Positions 27,500 to 41,100 of a stretch of 64,000 nt of DNA are shown here, piece after piece. The position numbers and the translations under genes were made by a program. The DNA is from Nageia nagi (taxonomy: Eukaryota; Plantae; Pinophyta). The DNA lies in contig JBITNC010000001.1 in NCBI GenBank assembly GCA_050084985.1, positions 205,654,001 to 205,718,000 on the forward strand, in the 5' to 3' direction. Within the stretch, counting starts at the first letter, position 1. Each line of letters opens with the position of its first letter. Under the pieces are notes generated by a model, which searched no databases, was not told the DNA's origin, and worked only from the letters and a program-made list of their open reading frames with translations.

Positions 27500-28720
27500 A
27501 TAGATCTCATGATGATGCTAAATGATTTGATTCATAGGAGATGTGATGGATGATGCTTTGATAATGATGATGATGTTGATATAGTTTATGATATTGATTT
27601 TATTGATGATAATGATAACATGATTGAAGATGATGATGATATTGAATCTTTTGAGAATATTGATGGTGAATATTTTTATGAAAATATTTTGGATCATAAA
27701 ATAATGAGGGTGTGAAGTTTATTTATAAGATGATATTGATGTTGATAATTGATAATGATGTGAGTGATGTTGAATTTCCAAAAAATTATGTTAATGATTA
27801 ATAATATATTGATGATGTTGATTGTGATAATAATGATGATGATTATTTTGAGTTGATCAAGATAATAATGATAATGATGTTGATATTGATACTAATTATG
27901 ATGTGAATATTGAATCATAGTATAATGTTGATATTGATCATGATAATGATTGATAAGATAATGATAATTTTGATTGGCTTGATTATCATAATGATGATGT
28001 TGATTATGCTTATGATAATGCATGATAACATTAATTTAGACAATGATGATATTGATAATAATCAAGATAATGATGATGATATTGATGTTGATATGTTTTA
28101 TGATATTGATATTGTTGTTGATGCTTTTGATGATAGTGATGTTGAATCACAAGAGAATGATAATGTTGGTCATGATATTGATTGATAGGATAATGATGAT
28201 ATTGACTATGATAAAGATGATGATGATGATTTTAAGGTTTATCAAGATAGTGATGATAATGATGTTGATAAGAATATTGATTATAATGAGAATTATATTG
28301 ATCAAGATGATTATGATGAGAATGATGTTGATGTTCCTAATTTTTATTTGATTAACATGATTGGTGATATTGTTAATTTTTATATTGATTTGGATGATAA
28401 GATTGAAATGCTTAATGAGATGATGATGCTTGATGTTGATTTATATTTTGATTTTGATATTAGTTTTCATGACTTAAGCTTACTTGATGTATGATTCCTT
28501 GAGAATTTGATTGATGGTGATTACTTTGAAGATTTTTTTAGGTTGGTTGATTGAAAGGATTTATTTAAAAAACTAGAGAAACTTATTTTTGATGAGCTTT
28601 TTAGGCTTGATAAGATTGTGATGGTTGACTTGTATTTTAATGATAAGATTGAAATGCTTGATGAGATGAAAATACTTTCTTTTGATGTGAAATATTTTGT
28701 ATTCTCAATGTAGTGAGAGT
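27500..28720 (+). repeat. Degenerate (GAT/AAT/GTT)n triplet tract, Asp-rich in one frame
   Basis: Dense gatgat/gataat triplets translating DNDDIDNNQDNDDDIDVD. The Met/Ile-rich track ORFs are its alternative frames. Confidence 0.8.
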
Positions 28721-29451
28721 GTGATTTACCCTGCATATTTGAGTTATATTTTGATTAGGCATGATTTTTGGATTAACACAACACTTTGATGTGATGATAT
28801 TTCAAGAGGGACATGATTTTTATGTGCATGTGATAAATGTTGAGAAAGAATTGATTGTGATAATGATATGGCTAGGATATTATGTGATGAAAATTATTAC
28901 AATGGTTTATTTTGATTAATATGAGTTACAAAAATTAGTTATGATGATGATAAAGATGGTTGAGGAATCATTGATGGGACTAATGCTTGATTATAAGTTG
29001 GTGATTTTTATGATTGATACTTTGGATCAATTTTGTACTTGTGAGGTTGACATGATTTATTAATTTTACCATTTTTAAATATAAAATTATTCAAAAAATT
29101 ATTTCATTTGATAACGAACACTAGGATCATTGATGAATTGCTCTTTTGATTCTCGAGGAATATGTTGAAATATAGGATGTCATTTAAGATATTGAATAAA
29201 TGATGGATTAAGTGGTTTGATATGTATAAATTATTGATGAGAAGATGAATGATTAAAATATGAATTATTAGAAGATAAATGATGGAATTATGAATGATGA
29301 GAAGAGGAATATTGTGATTATATTATGCTAGGCATAGAGAAAGGATTTTGATTATGTTCTTATTCTTGCTCTCTAGCTTAATGCCTAGTGTTTACCAACT
29401 CTATGAAAGAATTCATATATTTTATTTAAAGATTTATTATTGATGAGACTC

Positions 29452-30187
29452 TATAGTTACATAATTTTATTTATGCAGTTACTTATAATACTTAAAAATA
29501 TACTTCACATCATTTAATATTTCATTATAATCCATAATAGTGGACTAATTTGTGTTGTATTTTGTAGGTGAAATTTGTAACAAGGTGTGGATGCCAACAC
29601 AAGGAGTGGGTTGTATATATCATATATTACCCTATAAATTCTCCATATATATCAGTACACTATCAAGGCATATTGAGCAACTTATTTTGAGTTTGATAGT
29701 AACATATCCTCCTCTAGGCATTCTTCAACATTACCTTATCACGATTGAAATTTGGATACTTTATCTATCTTATGCGAGCTATTATTACATTATTATGCAT
29801 ATTTATAACATTTGGCTAGGTGAATGAAGTATCAACCTTGATTACTATGTACAATTCCTCCAAAAGAGGAATGATTATCACCCATTAATGACCAATGATG
29901 GCTTGTTGAGGATTGATGATGATTATTGAGGACTGAAAATGACTTGTTGAAGATTATTAATGATCATTTTTTGATAGTTTGATGAGCTACGATTTTTGTG
30001 GTGCCTCCATCTTATCATTTATCTCTCATGACTTACCTATTTTCATGCATAATAGGTAAGTATTTGATTTCACTTCTTGATAGGCATTAGTTTGTTATTT
30101 TTTTAGTATCATTTATCTTTGGCCATTTCAATCTAAGTATGCATTAGGATTATTTATTACTATTATTTCTATTTTTCCCATCCTACA
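29452..30187 (+). repeat. 5' LTR of element C
   Basis: tatagttacata...ccatcctaca, a repeat of 46099-46820. Confidence 0.88.
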
Positions 30188-30765
30188 AATTGGTGAACTT
30201 GACATATCCTACAAACCCTAGATTTTTTAATTTTAGGGCATCATATTTTATATGGAGTTTGTTAATAAAAACCCTAGGTTTTATTTGTTTTATGATTGTA
30301 GTAATTTTTTTATAAAATTGGTGGATCATATTTCTCTAAAATTATTAGAAAAACTAGGTCTTTTTATTTTGTGAAATATTACTTTTGCATAAAAAGCTAA
30401 ATTTTAAGGGTCATTTTAGTTAATTTGGTGTGATATAGCATTAAAAAAGTTTGTCCAAATCATAGATAAACATAATTGGGTAATTTTGGTGATTTTGTCT
30501 TTGATAAAAGGTAAATATATTATCAAAAAAGTGCATAGGTTTTGATAGGGTCATAAAATCTATTATAATTTAGAAGTATTCCATTTCAAGCTATGCACCA
30601 AAAAAAAACACAAATACAACTATATATATACCTATATACTACTTAGAGGTAACCAAGCTACAATCATTACTATATCTATATTCATCCCAATAAATAATTT
30701 CTATTAAAAATTGGGGCACATCAAAAAATAGTTATACAAAATACTACATCTGAGAGCTACTATAT

Positions 30766-32436
30766 CTAGGAGGAGGGACCATCCCCTTCTTTATTGGTAC
30801 TAGGTGTGGGATGATTTGGGTTCTGATTGCTATCATTTTCTAGTTTATTAGTGACTAACCCTCTCATATTATTCTTTTTTTGAATCTTCTTCTTGTACTT
30901 TCTTATGTGAGGCTCTTCAAGTCTCATGGTAGTTATAGGAATAAATTTGAGTAGTGCCTCTTTAGCCTTCAACATGCTTTCTTTTTCTTTGTAACCCTTC
31001 ATTTTATCTTCTTTAGGTTCATTGACTTGATCTAGAATATTGGGCTAACTATATGCTTTAGAAATGATATCCAAAGATGAATGATTATCTTGGTCCTCTT
31101 CCTTAGAGCAAGTAGGGGATTCCTTGGCCACCATAGATGATATAAGTGTGGGATCCTTATAATTCATTAGTACACCCTCTTTAGTAGGCTTTAGATCTCT
31201 TACTTCTGGTCCTTTCTCCTCTAGTGTATCTATTATAGACCACTCCTTAAGTAGGTTCTCTTTTATCTTGACATCATGGATCTCTCCTTCAATTTCCTCC
31301 ATCATATTTTCTTTGTCAAGTCCTTTAGTTTCCTCCTTTTCCATTAGATTAGAAAGGGAATACCCCTCTCTTTCTTCCTAGGATGGATCTAGTGGCATAT
31401 CAAGATTTTGATGGATTGGGTTGCTAATTTTAACTACCTCCTCTAGGCCTTCTTCTTCCTCATATTAGGACATATGAGCCTATAGACATTTAATTTTACT
31501 GATGGGGTTCACCAAGCTACCTTTTTCCTTTTATTCAATCATGCCTACCTTTAGGGTATTCTTCTTTTTTGAGCATGGGAAGGAGCACTTAGCCAAGGCC
31601 TTCCATTCTAGTTTCTCTTTCTTTGAGGTATCTATAGGGGATTATGTCTTATCAGCCCCACTTTTCTTCCCTTCCTTTCTTAAGATTTCATTCTTTATAT
31701 CTCTATCATCCCTCTTATTACCTTTGTGGGAGCTAGGGTTTCCAACCATGCTCTTCCTCTTTTTTATGGTGGTTGCATGGATACCCTTTGAATTTTGATT
31801 CCATTCGTTGGGATGAGGGGTGAGAGAATCTACCATAGGTTAATTTTCTACCATCGCTCTATACATAAGGGATTTAAAACCTTAATGCCTTAGCCCAAGC
31901 CACTTCTTATTTCATACATTTTCCATTAAATTCCTAACTACATCTAATAGGTAGGTGGTGAAGTTGATTCTCCACTCTAGAAACTTCTTCCCCCATATGA
32001 AATGGTTGAGGAGCAAGAGATGGATGCCAAATACTATGATAAAATTCACATCAAGTATGATGTACCAAATTATCTAGGTAGCCATTTGGTCCTAGGGTTC
32101 TAGGAGACTTCAAAGGGCATACCTAGTACCATATTTGACTAATTATTCCTCTTGAGAGAGGAAAGATTTGATATATTTAGGATTTTCCTTCCCTTCCTTT
32201 TAAACTCAGGTGGGTATCCTTTGCTATGGCTTCCATCAAGAACTTAACCATAATAGACCTAATTCTTTCAAAATTCCCTTCCCATACATCCATAATTTTC
32301 TAAGAAATCATGGAAAGGCTTCCTTGGTACAACTTTATAAGGGTTGAAACTCATCCTTTATTAAAATTCTTCCAAATGCTCTATCTACAATGAGCTCCCT
32401 AACACCCCTAGGTTCGAACCTGCATGCTTTCCCCAT
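30766..32436 (-). pseudogene. Decayed ORF of about 550 codons downstream of LINE ORF2
   Basis: Starts MGKACRFEPRGVRE, then has a hydrophobic core (WYIILD..IVFGIHLLLLNHF..INFTTYLL) and a charged K/E-rich tail (track ORFs 31642-31836, 31045-31344, 30766-31002). Confidence 0.6.
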
Positions 32437-32699
32437 TCTATCACCTTTGCATGCAACAAAGGAGGGCTTAGAATAAATCTTAAATAATGAGATGAAAATG
32501 ATAGATCCTTGGGAATTTAACTACCCTTTTATTTCCTTATTTATATCTTTAGTTGTATTGTTAATATACAAATCATGCACCTTGATGGTCAACCTATAAA
32601 ATCCTTACTCAAATTTAAATTCAAATGCCACCTAATTTTATCATAACTTGAGCAATCATGATGGCAAGGTGGTGTTAGCCCCATATCTTCCAACTGGCA

Positions 32700-33380
32700 T
32701 GTCTAGTGGTCCCTCCAAGTGGAGCTTTTCAATGAAATTAATGACCTCTACATCCTTATCTAGATTAATATTTATGCATGCTATTATATTTTCTTCAATC
32801 ACTAGAATACATATCTATGTGACTTTGGTGACTGTTTAGCTAATTCTTTAAATATTCTAGCATTTCTTTCCTTCTAAATATTCTAGTAGATGTGAGCCAA
32901 AAGGATTCCTTTTGATTCTTGAACCTTCCTTTTATAACTTCTTAAGTGCCAGTCCTTAATGAAAATTTCCAAATACTAAGGAATAACTAGCTATTTTTCA
33001 AATCCATTTAGGATGATATCCCATATTTGTGAAGTAAACTCATAGTTAAGCAACATGTGATTGATTATTTTCTCTTTTTTTTTTTTATTTCTTTCATATA
33101 GAGGACATAGGTTGGGGAATTTTATACCCCTTTTTTAGATTATCTAGTGTGATTATCTTACCTAAAACTACCACCCACATAAAGGAAGCCACCTTAGGGG
33201 TTAAGTTATTTTGCCATAGTTTTTTCCATAATAATTTTCTCTCATCTTTAGTGTTGATGTTTAGGAAGTTATATATAATATTAACTAATAAATCTATATT
33301 TTTACCTAGTCTATCCTTCCACCAAAGGGAATATGGTTTTCCTATAATGAACATCAGATAGGCTACCAAAAGGGAGGAAA
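32700..33380 (-). pseudogene. L1 ORF2 C-terminus (zf-RVT region)
   Basis: WKKLWQNNLTPKVASFMWVVVLGKIITLDNLKK, then HIY*NI*KERNARIFKE (the WxIWxERNxRIF motif) near 32850. Confidence 0.88.
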
Positions 33381-36300
33381 GAGATAATAGTTTTGATAGA
33401 GTTTAAGAGTTTTGATAGAGTTTTGATATGATTAAGTATCTTAGTACATATATGATTAAGTATCTTAGTACACCTTTTTCAATCTAACACAATTATTCCT
33501 TGAACATACTAAGGTTCCAAATGAAACTATAAGTGTTTGAACAATTGTGCATAAGGCTGTATTAAGAAGAAGGTAGACATTAATACCAATTACAACTTTA
33601 ATATATATAAATTATTTTAGGTATTAACTATGAGAGGAATCATAGTCTCTCTTTTTATCTAGACTTTCTCTACATACTTTGTCTATACAACCATTCTTTT
33701 CCAATAATTACTCAAAATGAAAGAATATAATAGTCCAATATAGATGTTCGAATGATCTATATATCTATAGGTTACATCATTAGGAATGAGAAGCTGTAGA
33801 CAAAGTGTGAACACCATGGATAATCATAGGGCTATTCACAACAAGCACAACCTATTATATCAACCAATAATGATCCCTAGAATTGAAAGGGATTCATATA
33901 ATTAAAATAACTTAGCTAAAAACTAATAATAATACATAATCTCCATATAGGTAGATTTGAATCAGAAGAAAAATTTACAATCACAATCCATGGATAATGG
34001 ATCTCTACTATAACCTCCATACAAGAGCCTTATCATTACTTATTTAAAAACATATACAATAGGTTCATAATGCAACAAACTATTTGCATTTTTGGACCAA
34101 AACCATTACATAATATTCCAAGGAACCATTGAATAAAATTCCCTTTTAGATTAGTTTAAAAATGGAATGGAGATATATTTTCCCATATTTTTTATATTAC
34201 AATTGTAGTCATAACTTAAAGGTTCTAAATATACCCAACATAAAAAGTACTCTCTTTGATAACTTTAATTACAAGACTACTGAGAGTTGTAACAAATATT
34301 TTCTAGATTGTATGAACAACTAAAATATTAAAAGCTACAATGTTTAGAGTTTTGAAACCATAATAAACTTTTAAACCACATCCAAATTGAATATTAAGAG
34401 GGTGAGAATGAAGTCTTAGTAAGAAGAATTCAATGTACAACCTACAACTATTTCATATTATCATTCATGCAAATAAAACTAAGCATCATTCCAAATTGAC
34501 ATGCACTTATACAATAATAAATCAATTATTCATTTAATTATCATTGACTATACATTATGTTATTTTATTCTAGGGTTTCCATTTCAATTTGGCTCCTATG
34601 AAATGACCTCATAGGTTACTCAAAATTGAACCCCAAATTGTTCCCTAGGTTAATAACCCAAGTTTCTTATTAAGGTGTTACTTTAATTACAGGTAACTTT
34701 AAACATGCTTATTACCTTAAATGAAATATACATAATAATATTTGTAATTTATAATCAATACAAAGTTTCCCTTGAGTTTTAACATGAAACATTTCCATTT
34801 ATATGTGAAAATGAATAGTATTCCTTCACAAATGCAAATATGTCGTAATGAAATGTATACCGATAATGAAATATAGCTATCATAGCTACAATTTCTCATA
34901 CAACAATGAATTATCAATAATATTTTCTTAATATTAAATCTAAATACAAATTCCATGCATCATTTTAAATGATTCTATAGGATTCATCATGATTGTAGTT
35001 AACAACATAACAACTACCCATGCTTGGGAAACCATAGAAACACCTAGACACCACTAATGCACTAGTTCCAAAAGTCCCACTCTAAGTCTAATGATACTAG
35101 GAAAGATCTCTAAGGTAAAAGAGGATATCCTTACAATATATCAACATGGAGGGATAACAAACTACACATACTTGCAGTAAAAATGCCACCATCTGATGAA
35201 ACCCCATAGCCCAAATAAAGCCCTAAATTTTCATAGTACAAGGTGAAAAATTACTATAGAATAATCCATAAATGAAATTATCATGAAGGTTTCACTTCCT
35301 ATCAAGAATCCTATCATAAATAATAAAAAGGAACTCAAAACCACTCCTAATCATCATGGAAACAAAAAATCAATAGATAATTCCCTCCTAAAACACCTCA
35401 ATGATTTTTAGAGACTACAAAAAATGATTGAATGTTTTCCTTAGGGTTTCCTCATAACATTCCTCCACAATGGTGATCTAAGTTCCATGTGGTATTATCC
35501 ACACCCTTCATTCCATTACCCATCCATTTAGTCAAATACCAACATTATAATATTTTCTAATGGCCATCATAGTATTAGTTTCATTAGGTAGGAACTTAGG
35601 TTAGTTTAGCTTTAGTTTAGGCTTAGGATAGTATTAGGTAAATAGAGCTAAATTAGGTTGTCGAACTTAGTATAGGTTTATACTAGGGTATTTAATCATA
35701 AGAATACACAATCACATTATTTTAGCATAACACTATCAATTATTTGCTAATATCTATTTTATTTATTTTTGTAGGTTTACTAGATCTAAGTATTGATAAT
35801 AACATTTTCACCTTGATCAAGATCTAACTTGAATTGAGAGCCATCAGAGTTTTTCCCCAAACCTTGCATAGAACAAGCAACCTTAGTCCTTAAAGTTCAT
35901 ATAATCTAGATCCATAATTGAAAGAAAAGAAGGTGAAAAGGATGGTATGTGACTATTGATAAGTTTTTTTAGGATATGGTGGGGCATGTCCAAAGTAGTT
36001 GAGATCAATAAAATTCCAAATTTTGAAAAATATGATAAAAAGAGGACCATTGGCGATCCTTCCTAGGTAGTTTTGGAGCTCTAGTGGTCCTTTTTTGGAT
36101 GAAAATGAGCTCAATTTTTTAAATATGATATATATTAGCATCAACTTTAGGTAACTTTATCAATAATATTACTTATCATTACAATTAGTATGTTTAAAAT
36201 ATTATTTATTACTATGAGTGTCATGTTTGGAATTTTGCTTACGAATGTCATACTTAGGATCTTATTAGTTTTCTTATTAATGTGATACTTAGAAATGTAT

Positions 36301-37452
36301 TTTATAATTTAGCATATTTATCATATATGAATGTGTTTACCAATGCTTCTCATAGATTTATTATAACATTTATCAAATTATTTCATATTTACAACAACAA
36401 ATACATGAAACTGAACATGCATCACACATAACACATCACTAGACCATTAGGAAACCAAAAACCAAAAACCATGATGAAAAACCTCCAAAAATGGACCATA
36501 AATGATCCCTTTTATGCAAAATTTGGTGAAAAAAAGTGAATAATTAGATGAAAGTATAGAGACTTAAAATTTTGAAAAATATAGGAAAAAATCAATTGAT
36601 GTTGGTCCTCTTGGGATCATCATCAGTTCTTTTCTTGGTATAAAAATGATTTCTCTTTTCATGAAAACTTCACAATGATATGCACAACTCAAAAATACAA
36701 ATAATATACTTTTATTTTTGTGATTATTATTATTTTATTATAATCTTGATTTTGAAAATAATGCATGAGATTATCAAATATTTATTTTTATGTTTACAAA
36801 ATAATTATCATTGATTATCATGTTTACTTGACTATGTGAATATCATGTATCTTATTGAATGTGTGATTATCAAATACTTCTATCAACAATTTATTAATGA
36901 TTATAGAGTACTTATCAAATGTTTATAACTAATTATCAAATATGTCATGGTTATATATCATGTATTATCAAATATGAATCTTATCAAATATCTCTTATAT
37001 GTTTATGAATGTTTAATATGAGTTTACAATGAAGGAAGCAAATCTCCCAAAATTTACTTGGCAAAGTGATTCAAGGAGTCCATGAGTACATAAATAAAGT
37101 TTCATCTATAGGGTTCCAAATGGAATGTTGGTATTTTATGATAAAATAAATAAGTAAAAGAATCACAATCCAGAACTAAAGCCTCCATAATGAGAGCAAA
37201 TTCTAAAACAAAGAAAAATACCATAAAATCTACTTGGCAAAGTGATCTTGGGAGTACACTATTACATAAAAAGAATCATAATTGGTCCATTTTTGGATCA
37301 CCATCAGTCTTTTTTTTCTCACATATATGCATGTTTTTATTTTCTAAGGTTGCTATTTCTTAGGATTCCTTGAGATAATTTTTATCTCCATTTAGATTTG
37401 TTGATTACACATGTGTGTAAAAACTAGGTATAACCATTTTTGTTATCAATAT

Positions 37453-38075
37453 TATAGATGCCTAAAAATGAAATTATTATTTTTTAAGTAATTAATTTTA
37501 TATAATCAAGGCATATGCATTGTAACAAGGGTTAAAATATACCTAAGAAAATTTAATGGACCATGGTACAATGTAATAGGTATCAAATATCAAAAGAGAC
37601 ATCACAAACAATATAAAAGGTAATGATATAAAGAATCAAAGAGGATCAAATTATTGCTATAAAATAATATCAAAGGAAACATAAATATCATTAGGATATA
37701 TCAATGAATATCAAGAGAAAGACATCATAACATGCAATATCATTTCTACTTGATCAACAATGGTATTTTGTAACACCACCTCTACATAGATCTATTAAAC
37801 CCTTCATTTTGGTTTGCATATATTTATTTCTATTTATGGATCTAAAACTTTCACATAGCTAATGGAATTCTCTTAGGCCATTGGTGACATTCATTTCTTA
37901 TGGTATGTTATGATGATTGATGTATGATCTCTATTATTTCATTTGGATGTAAGCTAGATGAAGGTACATTATTTATAATGTTTGTTTGATGCCATAGTTT
38001 TGATATATGCTTCAATATTACATTGTAGAAAAATAATGTATTGATTTATTATTTATGCATTATTTGATTTCTACA
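37453..38075 (+). repeat. 5' LTR of element B
   Basis: tatagatgcctaaaaat...ttctaca, homologous to the LTRs of A. Confidence 0.93.
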
Positions 38076-38139
38076 TTTTGATGAACTCAACTATTTCGAT
38101 TAATCTTTCTCTATTGAAGAGATCTTATGAGATTTCTAA

Positions 38140-41100
38140 AAAGGATCAATGCTGTTAGCAATGTTTATAAACTATTTTTATATCACCAATGATGTGAAAA
38201 ATGGAATAATACCTAGAATATATAGTACATTTAAATAAAAAATTGGTGGATATAACTAAAAAAATAATGTCAATATAGATTTCAAGTAGTAATTCATAGT
38301 TAATTCTAGATCGAACAATAGTTGTAAGGTTAACCAATCTTTATAATAGCAATAAATTCTAGAAAAAATAAGAAGATTATGATGGTGTATTTACCTCACC
38401 CTTATTAGATGATATTAATAATTATCCCCTACCAATATAGCATAAGACCCTCAAGTTCAATATGTTTAGTGGTGAACAATACTGAAAGCAACAACTTATC
38501 ATCTTTCAAGAGGAGTACTTATTGAAATTGGGATGAAAGGAGAAGTTGATGGTAAAATTTTTCCTAAGGAGTTTAAAAGGTGATTCCAATCAATGGTTCT
38601 AAAATTTTATATGAGGATAAATAGACTCATTCAAGTCATTGTTAAAAGTGTTCATGGTCAATATAAGCCTAATGTTAAAGAGCAAGGAACTATTACAAAG
38701 TTATGTGCAATGCACCAAGGAAATAATGAAACCCTAAAGAAGTATATTCCAAGATTCCAAAATGTATGATAATCTATTCATAGTAAATTGGATGAGAGTA
38801 AAATTTATGGTATATTTAGAGATTTTATTTTACCAATCATTAATTTGCATGCTCCAACTGATAAGAGTATTGGATTTGGGGTATTAGTAAAAGAATTATT
38901 ACAAAAATAGAAAGTTCTACTTATTTTAAGAGATCTAAAGTATACATATACTCATTATAATAAGGATAATTATAGGACATACATTAAAAAGGAGGAACAC
39001 TTAATGAATATGGTTGATGCACCTACATCCCACTTAAATTGATAAAATTAGCTACAATAAGAGATAGATGGTATACATTTCCAATTCAACCAAAGCTTAT
39101 TCTTAGAGATTTGATGAAATGAGGTTTATTGTATCCATTAGAAAAAATTGCACAATATGATAATATTCCTTTGGGTAAATATGATGCTTATTGCACTTAT
39201 CATCAAAGAAAAGATCATTCTACATATTTTTGTAAAGCATTAAAGGCAAAAATTTTGGATCTCATTTTCCAAGGGAGATATGAATTGATAAAAAAGATTC
39301 AAATATATAGGTAATAATAAAAATAGTTTTAGTTGAAAAAGAAGTTTATGTAGGATTATGAAGGGGACATCCAAGGCATATTCCAAATCTAGTTAGTAGT
39401 GAACAAGTAAGTGTCCCACGTGATCCCAAAACTTATAACATGATTGAGAAATTGAAAACTACTCCTATCAAAATTAGTTTGTATGATCTCATATATACAT
39501 ATGAAACACATAGGGAGATATTATATGCATTGTTTAAAAAATAAATAGTCCCTAATAATATGTATACTACCATAGTTTAAGAAAAAAATAGATCTATTAA
39601 GGAATGTGATGCAATTTCATTTTATAGATTTGAAAGCTTAGTAAAGAAATCCTTTCTAAATGTTTAACCTTGTATATCACACCTATGATATATGGATGGA
39701 AATAAAAATAACATTGGTAGAAAATGGATCAATGGTTAATTTATGTTCTCATAAATTTTTGATACAACTTCAAGAAAAAGGTATAGAGTTACCTCCCTTA
39801 GAATAAGCTATATTCATAATTAGGGCATATGATAGTTCATCTAAAAAACTAGTTGGGATAGCTATAATATTGGTTACAATAGGATTTAAAATAGTTAAAA
39901 CTTATTTTTAGGTTGTGTATTCAAAATTATCATATAACCTATTGTTAGGAAGACCATGGCTTCATGAATTGGATGTAGTACCATCTACAATGTGTGAAAA
40001 TTAAAATTTGAATACCAAGATGAGTTACATATGGTAATTGGTGATCCAGAACCATATGCCTTATATAATGCAATAGACTTAAAATAATTTACAATTATTA
40101 TTCCTAGATATGAGATTGTACCTTTGGAAATAGGTGCACCAATGATAAACCTAGAAAAGTAGCCTTAGATTGTACAAAAGGGTATGAAAACATACAAAAT
40201 TTAGAACCTTGATCTATTCATGTCCATCAAAGATTTGGAATGAAAAAAAATTTTAGTATTGAGGGCTATGAATGACATGCTATATTTCTTGAACATAGTC
40301 AATAACATGAAAATAGTGAGGATGAAGGGGTATCTTGCTCTATAGTAACAATATCTCCATTTACAGTGACATCAACAAAGGATCAAATAATAAATGTAAT
40401 GGGTAAAACCTTTCCATCTTCTTTTGTTCATAAGTACATGATAGAAAATTGCAAATATAAAGGAGGATATTTAGGTAAATCAAAATAGAGTATGTATTCT
40501 TTTCCTACTACTTTAGGAGAATAGAAAGCTAAGAATGGATTCAGTAGTGATTAAAATACAAAATAAATAATGGGACCTATCAAGTTTATAAAAGAATACA
40601 ATTTGTTTAAACTCTTTGATCATATTAATGAATATTTATGGCTTGATGATAGTATACCACTTGATTTTGATTGCTTCAATACCAATGATGATATTTTAAA
40701 ATAGTTGGGGACACATTTATAATTATCTAAATCCAATAAAAAATGGAAAATAAGTTACATTCTTAATGAGTATGCATATTTTGGACAAGAAGTGAATTTT
40801 AACAAAGTATTTTAGGTTGAGTAAGGAGATGATAATATAGGTGATATTAAAGGATTAGAAGAGCTACTTTCATTGTTATATAAAAAGGATGAATTAACAT
40901 TCCCAACTAAAGAGCTATCATATATCAATATTGGGATAGGTGATGAGAAAAGGCTAGTCAAAGTTGAAACAACCCTTCTAACACCTCAACAAAAAAGGTA
41001 CAAAAATAAATTTATTGAAAATCAAAAGGATTTCTTGATCTTATGATGATATGCTTGGTTTAGATCCCTTTTTTGTTATGCATAATCTAGCACTAAAGAA

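Larger units (their letters stand above)
30510..33390 (-). mobile_element. 5'-truncated L1-type LINE with a downstream extra ORF
   Basis: The ORF2 C-terminus is followed on the same strand by a second frame and a short tail ending ccttttatcaaa (minus strand). Both ends are approximate. Confidence 0.6.

Noticed and set aside
27910-28351. Met/Ile-rich track ORFs (also 55852-56236) as membrane proteins
   Set aside because: They are alternative frames of GAT/AAT triplet tracts.
31503-31513. gggttcacca as a minus-strand Trp PBS
   Set aside because: It lies inside the LINE-associated ORF with no adjacent LTR end.
33480-36100. Possible further TE and LTR fragments inside element C
   Set aside because: The composition is LTR-like near 35000-35800, but I could not find paired termini, a PBS or protein motifs.
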